DNA of 64,000 bases from Felis catus (Eukaryota), in NCBI RefSeq assembly GCF_018350175.1, contig NC_058368.1:138262001-138326000 (forward strand). The letters are read 5' to 3'. Made by a program: the position numbers and the translations under genes. Of this stretch, positions 37,925 to 50,881 are shown piece by piece (the first letter of the stretch is position 1; each line of letters begins with the position of its first letter). Below the pieces are notes generated by a model. The model saw nothing but the letters and a program-made list of their open reading frames with translations. It ran no database searches and was not told the origin of the DNA.

Positions 37925-38056
37925 CCGAGAGCCTGCAGGTTGCAGTGAAGGCCTCACAGACGGGCGATGCATGCCAGGCATCCGAGGAAGGTTGCGGAGA
38001 ATCTGCCTTGACAGATACGCTGGGTCCCCCTGACGTGCCAGGATCTTCTACAGCTT
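37925..38056 (+). CDS. ARHGEF28: ARHGEF28 exon (window exon 14)
   Basis: ctcctttTTAG|CC GAG...GCT T|gtaagt; 132 nt, phase 1-1; ESLQVAVKASQTGDACQASEEGCGESALTDTLGPPDVPGSSTA. Confidence 0.93.
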
Positions 38057-40978
38057 GTAAGTGAAAGTGCAGGCCTTTGCCGTGAGCCTGAACACAATCT
38101 CTGGAGCATAGAGTGGTCATAGGAAATGAAGGCAACGACTCTGTCCCTATTTGGAGGAGACTTGATGTATTTTTTTAAATCCGAGAAAACCTTGAGAATA
38201 AATATGCTAGCCTGATTTATTTACGATAACGGCACTGGCATTCCCAGGACAAGGATTTCAAGAATAGTTGGTGGGTTCTACTGCTCTCATACCCAGGCAA
38301 GCTTTGTACCTTCCCCAAACCTGACCCTGCTTCATTTTTGATTTGACTTACTGAGTACAATTTGGAATATGGTTTTGAAAGAACTTTTAAACTTTCGGTT
38401 GTTTGGAAATGGGTCTCTGCAGTTCACGAGAGAACAAACCCTTGAACTTAACCTCCTCTAGGCGTCCTCACCTGAGAAGCCATACGCCAGAATGCTAGGC
38501 TGCAACACCTTCCCCGCAGACACAGGGTTTGGTGATGTGGTTAAAGGTAGAAGTGCCAAAAATTCTTGATCGGCGTCATCATACGCTTTGGTTCAGATCA
38601 GAATTCGTTTATAAAAAGCCCTGTTGCATATATTTTAAATACGGAAAGACAGCATGTAGAGAATTAGGTGATTTCTCAGAACCCCGTGATGTTCTAAACG
38701 GAAGCTGAATATTTACTTCCCTACAGCTTTCTGAGAGAAGAGCATAGAGGGTTTATTTTTCCTTGTATCTGGGTGATAAAAACCTTCCTTCCACCAGCCT
38801 TATTATGCACAAGATAAAACATCTTTAGTAGCTAGAGATGAGAGAGGATTAAATTGTCCTTGCATTTCTTTATCAACATCCCATGGTTGATCAAGATACA
38901 CGGACGCAGTACGGTTTTAAAATTCTGTCCATTTTTGAAATCACTAATAATTATCTTGCTCCCTCAAATTTCGCTTTATCCCATCCTGCATTTCTAGTTT
39001 CAGAAAGTGCCCATATGTTTTTCATTTTGACACAACCCCGATTCATCAAGGGAGTTGTACTGCCCTGGGTGATTTCCTTTTAAAAGAAAAAAACTCATTA
39101 TGCCATTGAGGGAGTTCCGTCTAAAAATACAGGAGGGCTCTGCTGCTGTCAGCCTCCACCTAGGGGCAGCCAGAGAGGAGAGGCTCCCCGTGGCTCCTGC
39201 AGCTGCTCAGGGGCACATGGCTGCACCTTCCCTCCCTGTTCTCCCGTCTGTACCTGTATCTCCCAGGATTTGGGAGAGTGCCCGGGGACACCCATGACAT
39301 CTGTCAAAACCATTAGACTATTTGCCCTGATACCAGGATCCATGTAGGCAGGGGCAGGTTGATAGGGTCCTGTACCCCCAAAGACCTAGTCATTTGTGGG
39401 CCGGGTTGGAGGACGGTGCTATAAGACTTAGATTCTCTTTATAAGGTTGGCCAGGGCAAATACTGTTTTTAATGAGGGTCTGTAACTGACTGGGTCAGTT
39501 CTTTGTTTCACTTGGAGGACTGGGTCCTTCTAAGTCAGGCCCATGCCAATCTGAGGTCATCCACCAAGCAAGGCCTTCAATTTTTAGTTCTCGATATACC
39601 TAATAAGGTGGGTCACTATAACCTGCTCCTGAAAAAGTTCTGGAGACCTGAAATTGAATAAGAAACAGAGGCACCTGATAATTTGGCTCACCATGGGGTT
39701 CTTTGCCCATTGCTGGTTCTCATTTGTATGGGGTGGTGGGGAGGGAGAGTGTGAGAAGGGCTAATTCTTTGGTAACGTCTTGGGTGTCTCTCTAAGAAGT
39801 AAGGATAATACCAAGTAGTGGAACCATTTTTTGAGTGGTGGAAAATTTCTGTAGAATGTCCCTTCCCTATAAGTGAAAAGTATTGACTGACTTGGGCAAA
39901 ATGAAGTTAATTTTTAGCTGATTTAACCTGAAGCAGTTTCAGCTTAAACAAAAAATTCTTTGTAATAGAAGTGGCCTTTGGGGTCCTAGGGATTTGCATT
40001 AGAAAAGGCGAAAAAAGCATTTCCTCCATCAGAAAGAAAGTTTCAAGATGGCAATGTGTGATAAACAGTGTCCCAAAGTGAATATTTCACCAGGTCCCTG
40101 ACTGGACATGATTCTAATGAAATGGTGTGTGTGAAACTGCTTTGGAAAGTCTAGTTTAAATCAGGGTAAGGTGAGCACAGTCTAAGTTTTAACTGAGTTC
40201 ACGTGGGTAAAGAAATCAAATTGTACCAGCAGAGATCTAAGGGATGGAGTGAAATCCGTGTTTGGTACTTAAAAATATTTCTGGTCTAGAAATATTTCTG
40301 CGTTTCATAGGTTAAATACACCGTATTTACAACTGTTATGAATCTAGATTCTAAACAAGTGTTACGAGAAAAAAACACTTGGAAATTGTTTTTCAAGATT
40401 GTTTGGAGATAGGGACAGCTTCCTTTTTGTAGGACTATGGGCTCATAAAGTATTCACCATCTTCACGCTGCTCAGAAAGATATTTCACTCCTATTGTTGG
40501 ATTACTCCTTCTAAGCCTTCTTTATGGTCTGCTGTTCTTACACGGGCCGCAGAGGAGCCTTTCACCGAGCTGTCTCCTTCGACCTGGGTCTGCCAGCCCT
40601 TGCTTTTTGTTCTCCAGTGCCTGTTTTCAATTTCCTTCTCCCCAGCAGCTTTATCCGAGTAAGTGAAAGTGAGATGTAGCATATACCCCTCTCGGTATCA
40701 CCAGCCTCACATGAGCACCTGTCTGCAAAAAAGAAAAATTAAAAGATGGGTGATAATTGCTGCCGTTTGTCAGTTTGGTACCTAATAGCATGTAAGCTCC
40801 CCGAGGGCAGGGACACTGTGCTTTGCATTGTTTCAGCACCTTGTATGAGAGTATGTGATACGTGGGATTTTGTGTTCCTTATTTTGAAGTCCGTGTCAGC
40901 TGCGTGCAAAAGAACCCGGTGCGCTGGCTGCTGTTTGATGATGTCCTTTTTGTTTCTGTCTCAATGGTGTGCTTCCAG

Positions 40979-41079
40979 CACTAGTCACAGAAAGGACAGG
41001 AGGAAGAGGCTGTTGGGATGTGGATCCTGGGACCCAGGGTGTGGGAACCGACCTGGCGGTCTCTGATGCAGGGGAGAAG
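40979..41079 (+). CDS. ARHGEF28: ARHGEF28 exon (window exon 15)
   Basis: gcttcCAG|CA CTA...GAG AAG|gtattg; 101 nt, phase 1-0; LVTERTGGRGCWDVDPGTQGVGTDLAVSDAGEK. Confidence 0.91.
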
Positions 41080-41341
41080 GTATTGTGAACTGATTTGTTA
41101 GTAAATGGCACCAGTTACTTTGTGTAATAAAATAACCACAGGTCCTGGTCTGTCCGTGGCAGTGAGTGGTATGAAAGCATTCTTCTGCATTGTTCTCGAT
41201 TTCGGTATTCGTATTTAAGCTTTCCCACTTAAATCCTCTTAAAATGTTCTCACTCTTCCTATTCATGTAGGTGTAAACAAAGAAATGATTGGAAAGTTAT
41301 TAAACGGTTTTAAAACTCGATTGTTTGTGTGTCTGCGCACT

Positions 41342-41392
41342 CTTACTTCTGGTCTCCCTTCTTACTTCTGGTCTCCCTTACTTCTGGTCTCC
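41342..41392. repeat. Tandem repeat, 3 x cttacttctggtctcc
   Basis: Copies start at 41342, 41361 and 41377. Confidence 0.92.
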
Positions 41393-44067
41393 GCCCTGCA
41401 AACCTCTGCCTTTTCACCTGCTACACTTAGCAACTCTTGGCTGAGAGGTGCCCCTGGCATCTGTCGGGGTCTCTAGGCAACCAAGGGACACTAAAGGGGC
41501 AGAAAGAATTTTGACTTGAAATACTGTTGCTGCTTGCACGTTCTTTTATCTTCCTCTCCTTTCAGGTTGTTTTCCTGTCTCCGCCCACATTGTCACCTAC
41601 TTTTTTTGGGGGGGAGACTTCTAATCAACCTCACCATTTTTTTTTTGCTTGGGGCAAACTGGTTCTAAACGCCTCTCCTTTTTGGACACAGTTTACATGT
41701 AGTATATACCACTCTTTGAAAAATTAAATCATGAAACTTCCTATTCCCTTCAAATGAGCCTGGGATGTCAGAAAGAGGGAATAAGAATATGAATCTGGGA
41801 GGTGCTGAGTGGCCTCCCCAGGGTTGGCTGGGCCTCGAGAGTTTTAGTTTTCTCTAATTTCAAATTGGGCACATTACCATGCACCAATATGTGCTAATGT
41901 GGAAAAATGACAGATGTCCTATCTTTGTGTACTAATGTACGTAGTATATATTTTTGCAAATATTGTATGTGACTGAGACTTCAAGTCCAAAGATTTTTTT
42001 AAAAATCCGTAAAAAACATGGCTGTGATTTAGTGTTGTTGTTGGTGTTTTAAAGATCTTCATAGGCCAAAATAAAAAAAGGAATGCAGTATTTTACTTCA
42101 CTGACTGTAAGCTTTCTGACTTATTTTTTTCTGAAAATGTTCCTGCTTTTCTTCCTTTTCAGTGTGGCCTTCACTTTTCAGTCTGTAGCTTCCAACTGCT
42201 TTTGATGTAGAGGCAGAGAGGGAGGGTAAGAGGGCTGGTTAGCTAGGAATAGTTTTTTTCTTGAACGGACCCTGTGGTGACTCCCACTCCCAAGGTCTTT
42301 TTTCCTTCCAGGATGCAGTCCCAGGTAAGTGAAACGAGGTGTGAAGGTTCCTCGTTGGGTGAACCTATCTGGAAGAACTTTCATAAGGCATTTGAGAAAA
42401 TGAACTGACAAATAGGGCAGGATCACCTGAAATCAGACGTAGGAAAAAAGTGTGCAATGGATATGTTGTAATTAGCTTCCTTAATCAGGTAAGGCTTAAC
42501 ACAAAAATTGGAAAGAAATTTAAAAATGAGTGCTGCAAATGGTGCAGCATCCTGTGTGTAACTCAACCGCTGCAACTCTATACGTTCACCACAAGGTGGT
42601 GGACTGACTCCGTGAAAAATACGACATTGACCCTGTCTGTCCTTTCCAACTTCGCGGTTCTGGGGAATAAGTAACCGCATGTAGCATAATCCAACTCATT
42701 TCTATGTTTCTGATTTTTATAGAGTATAAAAATTCTATACCGTACGATTTTCTTATTACAAAGGCAGTGGAGTGTGCAGCAAGGACAGAACCACAAGAGC
42801 AGAGAGAACTCTAGAACTCGCTAGAGAATGGGAGTTTTTAGCCCAATTGCGGGGGTGGAGGGGACTTGAGTACAGGTCTAATGACTCTAAACTTCATGTC
42901 CTTTTCCCTCCCTTATCCTTCCTGTATTAGAGGTTATGCTTAGTGATGAAATCTTTTATGGCCCGGGGAAGAGTGTGGGAGAGGGGTAAGGAGGGATGTG
43001 GCTATTTCATTAAAGCCTCACTAGTCTGAACTAATTGAATTTAACAAGTCCAAAGTTACCTGAGAACATTACCACGGCTGACTGTTCCTTGTGGTTTTAA
43101 TTTAAAGCTGCTCAGATAAGAGAAAGCAGTATACAAGATAGGCTCTAGGCAGGCATGGAATCTGATGATCTCCTATAGCGTAAAGAGTGGAGTACATAGC
43201 GAGCGCTCAGTATTTATTTATAGAATGCAGTGTGAGTGTCCCTTAGATGCCAGGCTTCGTTGTTAAATTTGCAGTTATAGCACTGAATGCACATAAGAAC
43301 TCCTGCTACTTGTTGCCTTACATCCTAGTGAAAGAAGACGGACGATACCTGAACAGACAATTGTTCAGTTCAATTCTGGAAACTGGAAATCCTTACTACC
43401 TACATGTGTCTCTAATGTGTGCAGTAGAGAGACAATGAGACATAGAACCCATCCCCTAGGAGCAGATGGTCTCCAGCCTCATGATGGCCTCTGCTGTTAG
43501 TGCGTTTACTAAGGCAATCCCAGACGGTTCCACTGAACTCACAGTAGGATCTGGAGCCGGCCAGCTAGGTGCTCACCCTTGAGCCACCTCTGAGTCTGAT
43601 TTCCTCTCCCAACCATTGACTGTCTTGGCTTTGTGAATCTTAAACATGGATATAGGGAGCAAGAAGTCAGGCGTGATGTTCTCTAGCTTCCAAATCTGGC
43701 CTCCAGAATGCAGGGAGCGAGCCTGGTCTGAGGGCCAGCTTCAGCCTGGGCACCGAGAGCTCACGTGACAGTATGGTGTCCACAAGGTAAATATCATCAC
43801 TTACGGAGAGAGTACAGAACTTACCGGCTGTCATCCCTTGTTGTTTAAGGAGATGTTTGGGGGAAAAGTTACCATGTGTGTCACATACAGAGTTTGCACA
43901 GATGGGGCTCTCGCTGAGCGGTTGTTTAATTCTGTAGGCTTTGATTTCTGGCAAGGAAAGAGGGTCATCATAGAAGACTTTTGAGGGAGTGAAGTGATTT
44001 ACCTGACACTAAGTGTAGCTTTTCAAAAGTAGTGCGATTTCATTTTCTTGTTCTTTACATATTTTAG

Positions 44068-44106
44068 GTGGAATATAGAAGTTTCCCAGGTGCTTCACAG
44101 TCAGAG
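44068..44106 (+). CDS. ARHGEF28: ARHGEF28 exon (window exon 16), 39 nt
   Basis: atattttAG|GTG GAA...TCA GAG|gtgagc; phase 0-0; VEYRSFPGASQSE. Confidence 0.9.
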
Positions 44107-44204
44107 GTGAGCTATGCATGCCTGAAATATATCCTCATCCTCTTGTTATTTTTGGATAACGAATGCTTTTTCAAGTATTTGACTTTCACGATCTTATTTT
44201 CCAG

Positions 44205-44252
44205 ATTATACAAGCGATACAGAATTTAACCCGGCTCTTATATAGCCTTCAG
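44205..44252 (+). CDS. ARHGEF28: ARHGEF28 exon (window exon 17), 48 nt
   Basis: cttattttcCAG|ATT ATA...CTT CAG|gtaact; phase 0-0, after a 98-nt intron; IIQAIQNLTRLLYSLQ. Confidence 0.94.
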
Positions 44253-44703
44253 GTAACTGTGCTCCTCTATTCTTTGACCTTGTGAATGTTTTCTCTTAAT
44301 GCAATTCATTTTATTTGATGACTCCCGGCCATTACAAATTAGAACATACGAGAGGCAGTCAACGATCTTAAAAGAATGCCAATTCCCGAAGTGTAATTCC
44401 TCTAGTTGCGTTGAACTTCACCTGGTTTTGTAATCACAAGGCGACACCACTACTTTTTGTAACATTCTTCTCTGAAACCATAAAACGGTTCATATCTTTA
44501 AAAAATATTGATGACTGTGACCTGGCCTGAAGCTTACAGTGAAACTCTTAGGTGAGTGTAGCATGACTTCACATTTTCTGGTGAAAACTTAAATTCACAC
44601 CTAAACTTTTTTCACTTCCACATGTGGACTTGGGCCTTTTGAGCACTTAAATAATTCATGTGCTCTTTCATTCGTTAGTTTGTTCATCCACCCAGCATTT
44701 ATT

Positions 44704-44924
44704 TTTTATTTTTTTATTTTTTTTCAACGTTTATTTATTTTTTGGGAGAGAGACAGAGCATGAACGGGGGAGGGGCAGAGAGAGAGGGAGACACAGAATC
44801 AGAAACAGGCTCCAGGCTCTGAGCCATCAGCCCAGAGCCTGACGCGGGGCTCGAACTCACGGACCGCGAGATCGTGACCTGGCCTAAGTCGGACGCTTAA
44901 CTGACTGCGCCACCCAGGCGCCCC
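44704..44924 (-). mobile_element. Young Can-SINE
   Basis: TSD cacccagcatttatt. Confidence 0.95.
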
Positions 44925-45406
44925 CACCCAGCATTTATTGAGTGCCTTCTCTCTGCTTGGTGCTATGCTAAGGGCTGAGCACACAAAGGCAGATGAACCA
45001 CAAGGCCTATCGTCGAATGGCTCACTGTCTTTCAAGGAAAGGCAGGCACAAAAAATGCTTGCATTGAGGATTACAGGGTTGGATGATCCCTTAGGTCATG
45101 CACAAGAAAGGCCAAATACATCCGATTGCTCAATTTATGATTAAAAGCATTTTGATGATATAAAAGCAATGTTAGCGTCATGGATAAATTGGAAGAAAAA
45201 TTTGAGGATGTAAGTAAATAAAATGGCTTGTGATTCTATAGAGAGAATTATCCTTGTTACATTGGTGTATATCCCTCTAGTTTTTAAAAATTATTTTATA
45301 CATGCTCTTCCATAACATGTACTTTGCTACATGTTCACCTCTTACTCTGTAGCACAGTATTTAGAGGCTGTATCATATTCAAGTCTATGGAATTTGTCCA
45401 GTTCTT

Positions 45407-45633
45407 TTTATTATTATTAGTTTTTAAAGTTTATTGTTTTGGGAGAGGGAGAGAGAGAGGGAAACAAGGTGAGCAGGGGAGGGGCAGAGAGAGAATCCCA
45501 AGCAGGCACTTGTCAGTGTCTACACCATCAGTGCAGAGCCCGATGCAGGGCTTGGACTCACGAACTGCAAAAGCATGACCAGAGCCGAAATGAAAAGTCT
45601 GATGCGTAACCAGCTGAGCCACCCATGCACCCC
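45407..45633 (-). mobile_element. Older Can-SINE
   Basis: Reverse body; flanking gaatttgtcc repeat. Confidence 0.87.
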
Positions 45634-45955
45634 AGAATTTGTCCGATTCTTCATAGCTATACTTCTGTAGGAAGTCTGTTAGATATTCTTGTATATTAAC
45701 CTCTTCACATAGCTGCGTGTTTCTTTAGGATAAATGGCTAAAATTATTTTTTTTTAGGTTTTTAATAGGTATTACCCAAATAATCGTATCAACACCCCCT
45801 GTCTCCTTCTCCTCAGTTTAAAAATAGGTCAAGGTGTCTGATGATCTTAATTTTCATTTCTTTGATTACTGTTGAAACTAAACTCCCCCCGGCCACTGGC
45901 TTAGTAGCCATTCATGCTTCGTATCTTTTACCTGTTGAATACCCAAAATAAAGTT

Positions 45956-46212
45956 GGGTGCCAGGGTGGCTCAGTCATTAAGCATCTGACTTTGGCTCAG
46001 GTCACGATCTCACAGTTTGTGAGTTGGAGTCCCACCACATCGGGTGAACACAAGTCCCGCTTCAGGTAAAAACCTGACCTTGGATGAGCCTCACTTCTCT
46101 CTCGTTGTCTGCCCCTTATAGGGCGCGCGCACGCGCGCGCTCTCTCTCTCTCTCTCTCTCTCTGCCCCTTGCTCACTTTTGCCCTCTCTCTCTCTCTCTC
46201 TCTCAAAAGAAA
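45956..46212 (+). mobile_element. Can-SINE with a variant middle region
   Basis: Standard head, then gggtgaacacaagtcccgcttcaggtaaaac in place of the usual body; (CG)n and (CT)n tracts. Confidence 0.82.
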
Positions 46213-49075
46213 AAAGTTAAGTATGACTGTAAGTTTTCACCAGAAAAAAGTGTAAAGTCATGCTCCATTTAATGTTTTCTTATATGTATTTTGACCGCAT
46301 CAAGACTTCTTTTATGTCTTATTGATCATGTATCTCTTGTTCTGGTAGCACTACCTTAATAATTAAAATTTTGGATTCTATTTGAATATATTATGGTGAT
46401 GGTCTCTTTTTGTTCTTTTCTTTACTCATCTCTATATTCTTTCATAAGAGATTTGACTCACTCTGGCAAGTTTCTTACCCTTGTACCAGGACTGATTAAT
46501 TAAAATTTCCTATTTATGAATGAATTTGGGTAGAATTGTCACCTCTGCAGTAATTAGTGTCCTCTTGGGGAAAATGGTGTTAGTCATCTCTTATTTTAGA
46601 TAAAAGGAAGATGTTTTTGTTTCAACAGTTCTATTCTTTAGAATACTCCAGGTAGAAAGTTAAAATTTGAAAGTAATGATATTATGGTTATTCTTCAGTA
46701 CTTACATCATTTTATTTTCTTGGCTTATACTTTGTCTTCTGGAAATGTATTAAGTAACTGTGGCAATAGCAAGCATCCTTGTGCTGTTCAAGATGTAGTG
46801 GGAGTACCTTTGGCGTCTGACATTAAATATGCTGGTCTGGGATAGCTGGTCTTTGAGTTGATTGATCATGTAAAACAAACGTCCCTTTTATATTTTAACG
46901 GGAAAATGGATATAGTTTGAGGACAGTTCATTAACTTTTGGGAGATGAAAACACTGAGTATCCCAGCTTGTATTGCCTGATGAAGACACTGACAGGTCAC
47001 TGGTCTTCTTGTCAACCTTGCATGGGACCCTGTGTGGGTTCAACGTTCAGAAAAGCTGACCTAAATGACCTGATGTTTGCACCACATGAGATTGAAGGGA
47101 GGTATTGAATTTTCCAGTGTCTTCTCTTAACCTCAGCTTTTGAGCTTGTCTGAGGATGTGGGCTCTGAAAGATTTCTATTCGTGGAGCATTCATCTCTTA
47201 CGAAGCTGTATCTCTTACATACGATTGAAATTTTTACCTGAGCATTTTCAAATCAGATGAAAATGAAACTTGATCCCTATATTAGGAGAGCAGAGTTGGA
47301 GATAAAGTATGGGGAAGGTGGAAGAGAGAAGACAAAGAAAAGTTGAGAGAGTAAATTGGGAATTTTCCTACATTTGAAAGCAAGTGCTGTTCTCTTTGCC
47401 AAATATGAGGGTCAACTCTACGTGTGAAAATGAATATCCAGTCTCCACATTCCACCTCGATGCTAGAGACAAGAGTGGTCTCATCTCAAATGCTAAGTAG
47501 ATGTGAAGAATGCTTCATGGTAGCCCTTAACTAGCCTGGTATAAACTTTTCATGAGCACTGTACTTTCCTATGGTAGTTTGGGCACAGAAAATCCTGGAT
47601 GTTCATTTGTTTTGCTATACTGATGCCCTTGAAATTTATTAGAATTAATAAATGTACAGTCTACAGTTGAACTAAGTCAGCAGAATCCTGAATGGTTTCT
47701 TATTTATGTGCTAATTATTTCATATTTAAAGCTAAAGTAATTACTATTTTCAATGATAATCCTCTTTTTAATAACTTCTTAAAGATCTTAAATATTCATG
47801 CCAATTTTGGAATTGTTTAAGTAAGCTTTCAAAGTTAAAAACATGAATTTTATTTCAGAAGGCCCCAGCAAGTACATTTTTGAATCTTATTTCAAGACAA
47901 GTGCCAATTTAAAATTTACTTGAGTTCTTTAACCTTCAAAAGTGCAGGGAATTGTTGCTCTAACAAAGAACTACTAGTCAAATCCCCATCTTACCAGCAT
48001 CTGTTACATGGGCAGTTTTCAAAATTCTTAGGAAAGAAAAATGTGAATTTATTCCTAGGAGACTAATAATTTCTCATAATGAGTCAAAACACACATACAT
48101 ACCCAGTATGTGGCCATTTTCAATTTGTCCCTTTTGTGCTTCTTTGTGCTTTAAATGGGAACTTTTAAAATTAAAAGCTTCCAAGGGCATTCACTGAGTT
48201 GTTTTTTTCTTTGTTTCTTTGTTTCTTTCTTTTTTTTTTTTTTTTTTTTTTGGTTTTGTGGAATCCTTCCAAATCTTGGCAATTATTTCCTGTGAATGCT
48301 GCCAAACTTTTCATAGGCAGATACCGTAACTCCAAATGTTTTTTTAATCTGGTTGGTAATGTCCTCTGGGCTTTAGAGTATCTATGTTCCCTTAATCATT
48401 CCAGCCTCCTGTTAGCAATCTATTAAACAAATGAATTTCGGCTTAGGACTTTACGTATGACCTTCCTGCTATAATACAAAGAAATAACAGTAACGAGATA
48501 GCTTTACCACTTACGTATCTCCTAAATATGAAATTCACGGCTGTTCTCGGGCATTATGTTATAAAAAGATTATTTACCAAAAGTCTCCAAGTGGTTGACT
48601 TTTATTTTTGTGTTTTCATGTATGTAATGTAGCTTAAGTAATTTCTGGTTTGGGACTCAACGGATACTACCAGGTTTATATAGAATCTTAAATTCTCATG
48701 AATTATTGAGTGGAGAGACCTCAGAGAATGAGACACAGAGCAGGAATGCAGTCTTGTGAATTTATGTACTGAATTCTTATTCAAAAGACTTGCTTAGATA
48801 TTACCAAATAGCCAGCAACAAGCCACATTTCCAAAAGAAGGGATGGGTATTGCTTTTTTTTTTTTCTTTTGTGTATTAATTCCCAAATGGTACTGCTAGG
48901 CAATGTGGATAAGCGTATTTGGAAGGTTAAGGTCAGTCTTTGAAGATAACTTAGAAAAAGGACAGAACATTAAGGGGAAATAATTTGGTCGTGCTTTTTG
49001 TGTCTAGAGCTAGTTCCCACCCAAAGCCCAAGCCCGCGGAAGCCGTGACCGTTTTCCTCTCCCCTGCTCTGACAG

Positions 49076-49564
49076 GCGGCCTTGACCATTCAGGATAGCC
49101 ACATCCAGGTCCACAAGCTGGTTCTCCGGCAACAGGAGAGCCTCTCCCCAGGCCCGTCTTTTCGAGGGGGCCCGCTCTTTCAGGACCAGGAGAAGTCCCG
49201 CCACCTGGAGAAGCAGCGGGAAGAGCTGGCCAACGTCCACAAGCTCCAGTACGAGTTCCAGCAGGATCAGCGGCGCTGGCACCGCAGGTGCGACCAGCAG
49301 CAGCGGGAGCAGGAGGCCAAGGCGAGCCGGCTGCGGGAGCGCGAGAGGGAGTGCCAGTCCCAGGAGGAGCTGCTGCTGAGGAACCGCGGGGAGCTGGACC
49401 AGCAGCTCCAGGAGTACCAGCAGAACCTGGAGCGGCTGAGGGAGGGCCAGCGCCTGGTGGAGAGGGAGAGGGAGAGGATGCGGGTCCAGCAGAGCCTGCT
49501 GTGTGGCTGGAAACACAGTCGGCAGAGTAGCCTTCCCGCAGCATTTTCTCCAGGAAGCACAGAG
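49076..49564 (+). CDS. ARHGEF28: ARHGEF28 exon (window exon 18): C-terminal coiled coil
   Basis: ctctgaCAG|GCG GCC...ACA GAG|gtacgg; 489 nt, phase 0-0; Q/E/R-rich heptads, in frame with ORF 49082..49600; GC/CpG-rich. Confidence 0.96.
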
Positions 49565-49729
49565 GTACGGGCCTTCCGTGCTTGTGGAATTGGTGTGTAA
49601 GGCAGCTTCTCAAAGACAGGTTCAGTCGTGGTCATTCCTGCGACATTGACCGGATCCGGTATCCGCCGTTTTGCTGTGGCGTTAAGAGCTCACAAGAATT
49701 AATCTACAGGTAGCAGAAATGAGGAACCT

Positions 49730-49941
49730 GGTGCCTGGGTGTCCCGGTCAGTTAAGCGTGGGACTTCAGCTCGGGTCACGATCTCACGGTTCGTGGGTTC
49801 GAGCCCCACGTCGGGCTCTGCGCCGACAGCTCAGAGCCTGGAGCCTGCTTCAGACTCTTCTCCCTCGCTCACTGCCCCTCCCTCGCTCACACTCTGTTTC
49901 TCAAAAACGAATAAACTTTAAAAAAGTATTTAAAAAAAAAA
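49730..49941 (+). mobile_element. Can-SINE
   Basis: Head, body and A tail; flanking agaaatga(g/a)gaa. Confidence 0.9.
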
Positions 49942-50881
49942 AGAAATGAAGAAGTTTTAGGGAGACAGGCATAGAAATCTTGGCTCACGCTACAGAAATT
50001 TGAAAAACCTAGGTCCTATTTGGATCAAGGGCTCGTTGTACCCTGTGATGCCCTTATGCAAGGGAAGAAACACAAAAACAAGTCTTCCAGGAAGGCAAGG
50101 TTTGTCCTAAGGCATGCTCACCGTGAGCGTGCTGCCTTTCCTGTACTTGAAAGACCTCTTTTCTTGATCGCGCCTTCAGAGTTTTATATAGATATACCTT
50201 TTAGCAGATGAATTAGCTGTTCATGTGCATCTTTGGGTGCTGAATTCAGCAGGTATGATACTATTCTGTTACTCTAATTTTATTGTTTTGTACATTGACG
50301 TATTAAATTTGAAACCTGTTTGTTTGACTAATAGTTAACATGAGTATGCTAATTAGTGGCTGGGCCGGATATTAAATCTTTTTAAAGATGGTCTTCCATT
50401 CGTACACCTTCTACTCATGTTTGACAGTGCCCTTGTTCCGGGAATTTGCTGCACTCTGTGCACATAAATACTTTTTACCGATAGTGCATAAAGTTGTACA
50501 ACGTGATAAGATTATAAGAAAGATCTGTGATGCATACGATTGTCCTTTCGAGTTGGCTAAATTGCATTTATGGCAAATACCTCGTGTATGTGCATATATT
50601 TTCAACAATTTATTTAGCCAAATTGAAAAATGTTGTGCTCTCTGAAAGTGGTAGCATGCCCGCTAGGTTCTTTTGTTTGTTTTTTGCTTTTGTTTTGTTT
50701 TTAAAGATAGGCTGGACACGGCGAGTTGAAGTTTTGGTCCGAGCTCATTTAAAGGGGGTGGGAGGAGGTCTAACGCTCTTATTAAAATCTTGATGGCTAG
50801 AACTATTAGAAATAAATACTTTACGAAACTTGCACAAATTGCTGGAGAAATTATTGTACTTTTTTACATTTTCTTACACAG

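Noticed and set aside
41342..41392. Short repeats as a possible CRISPR-like array
   Set aside because: No spacers, three adjacent copies, mammalian intron: ordinary slippage repeat.
48951..49635. Long antisense ORFs (220, 168 and 122 aa) and an alternative-frame ORF over the coiled-coil exon
   Set aside because: Shadows of a GC-rich, CAG/GAG-rich exon, which leaves few stops in other frames; low-complexity products with no independent gene signals.
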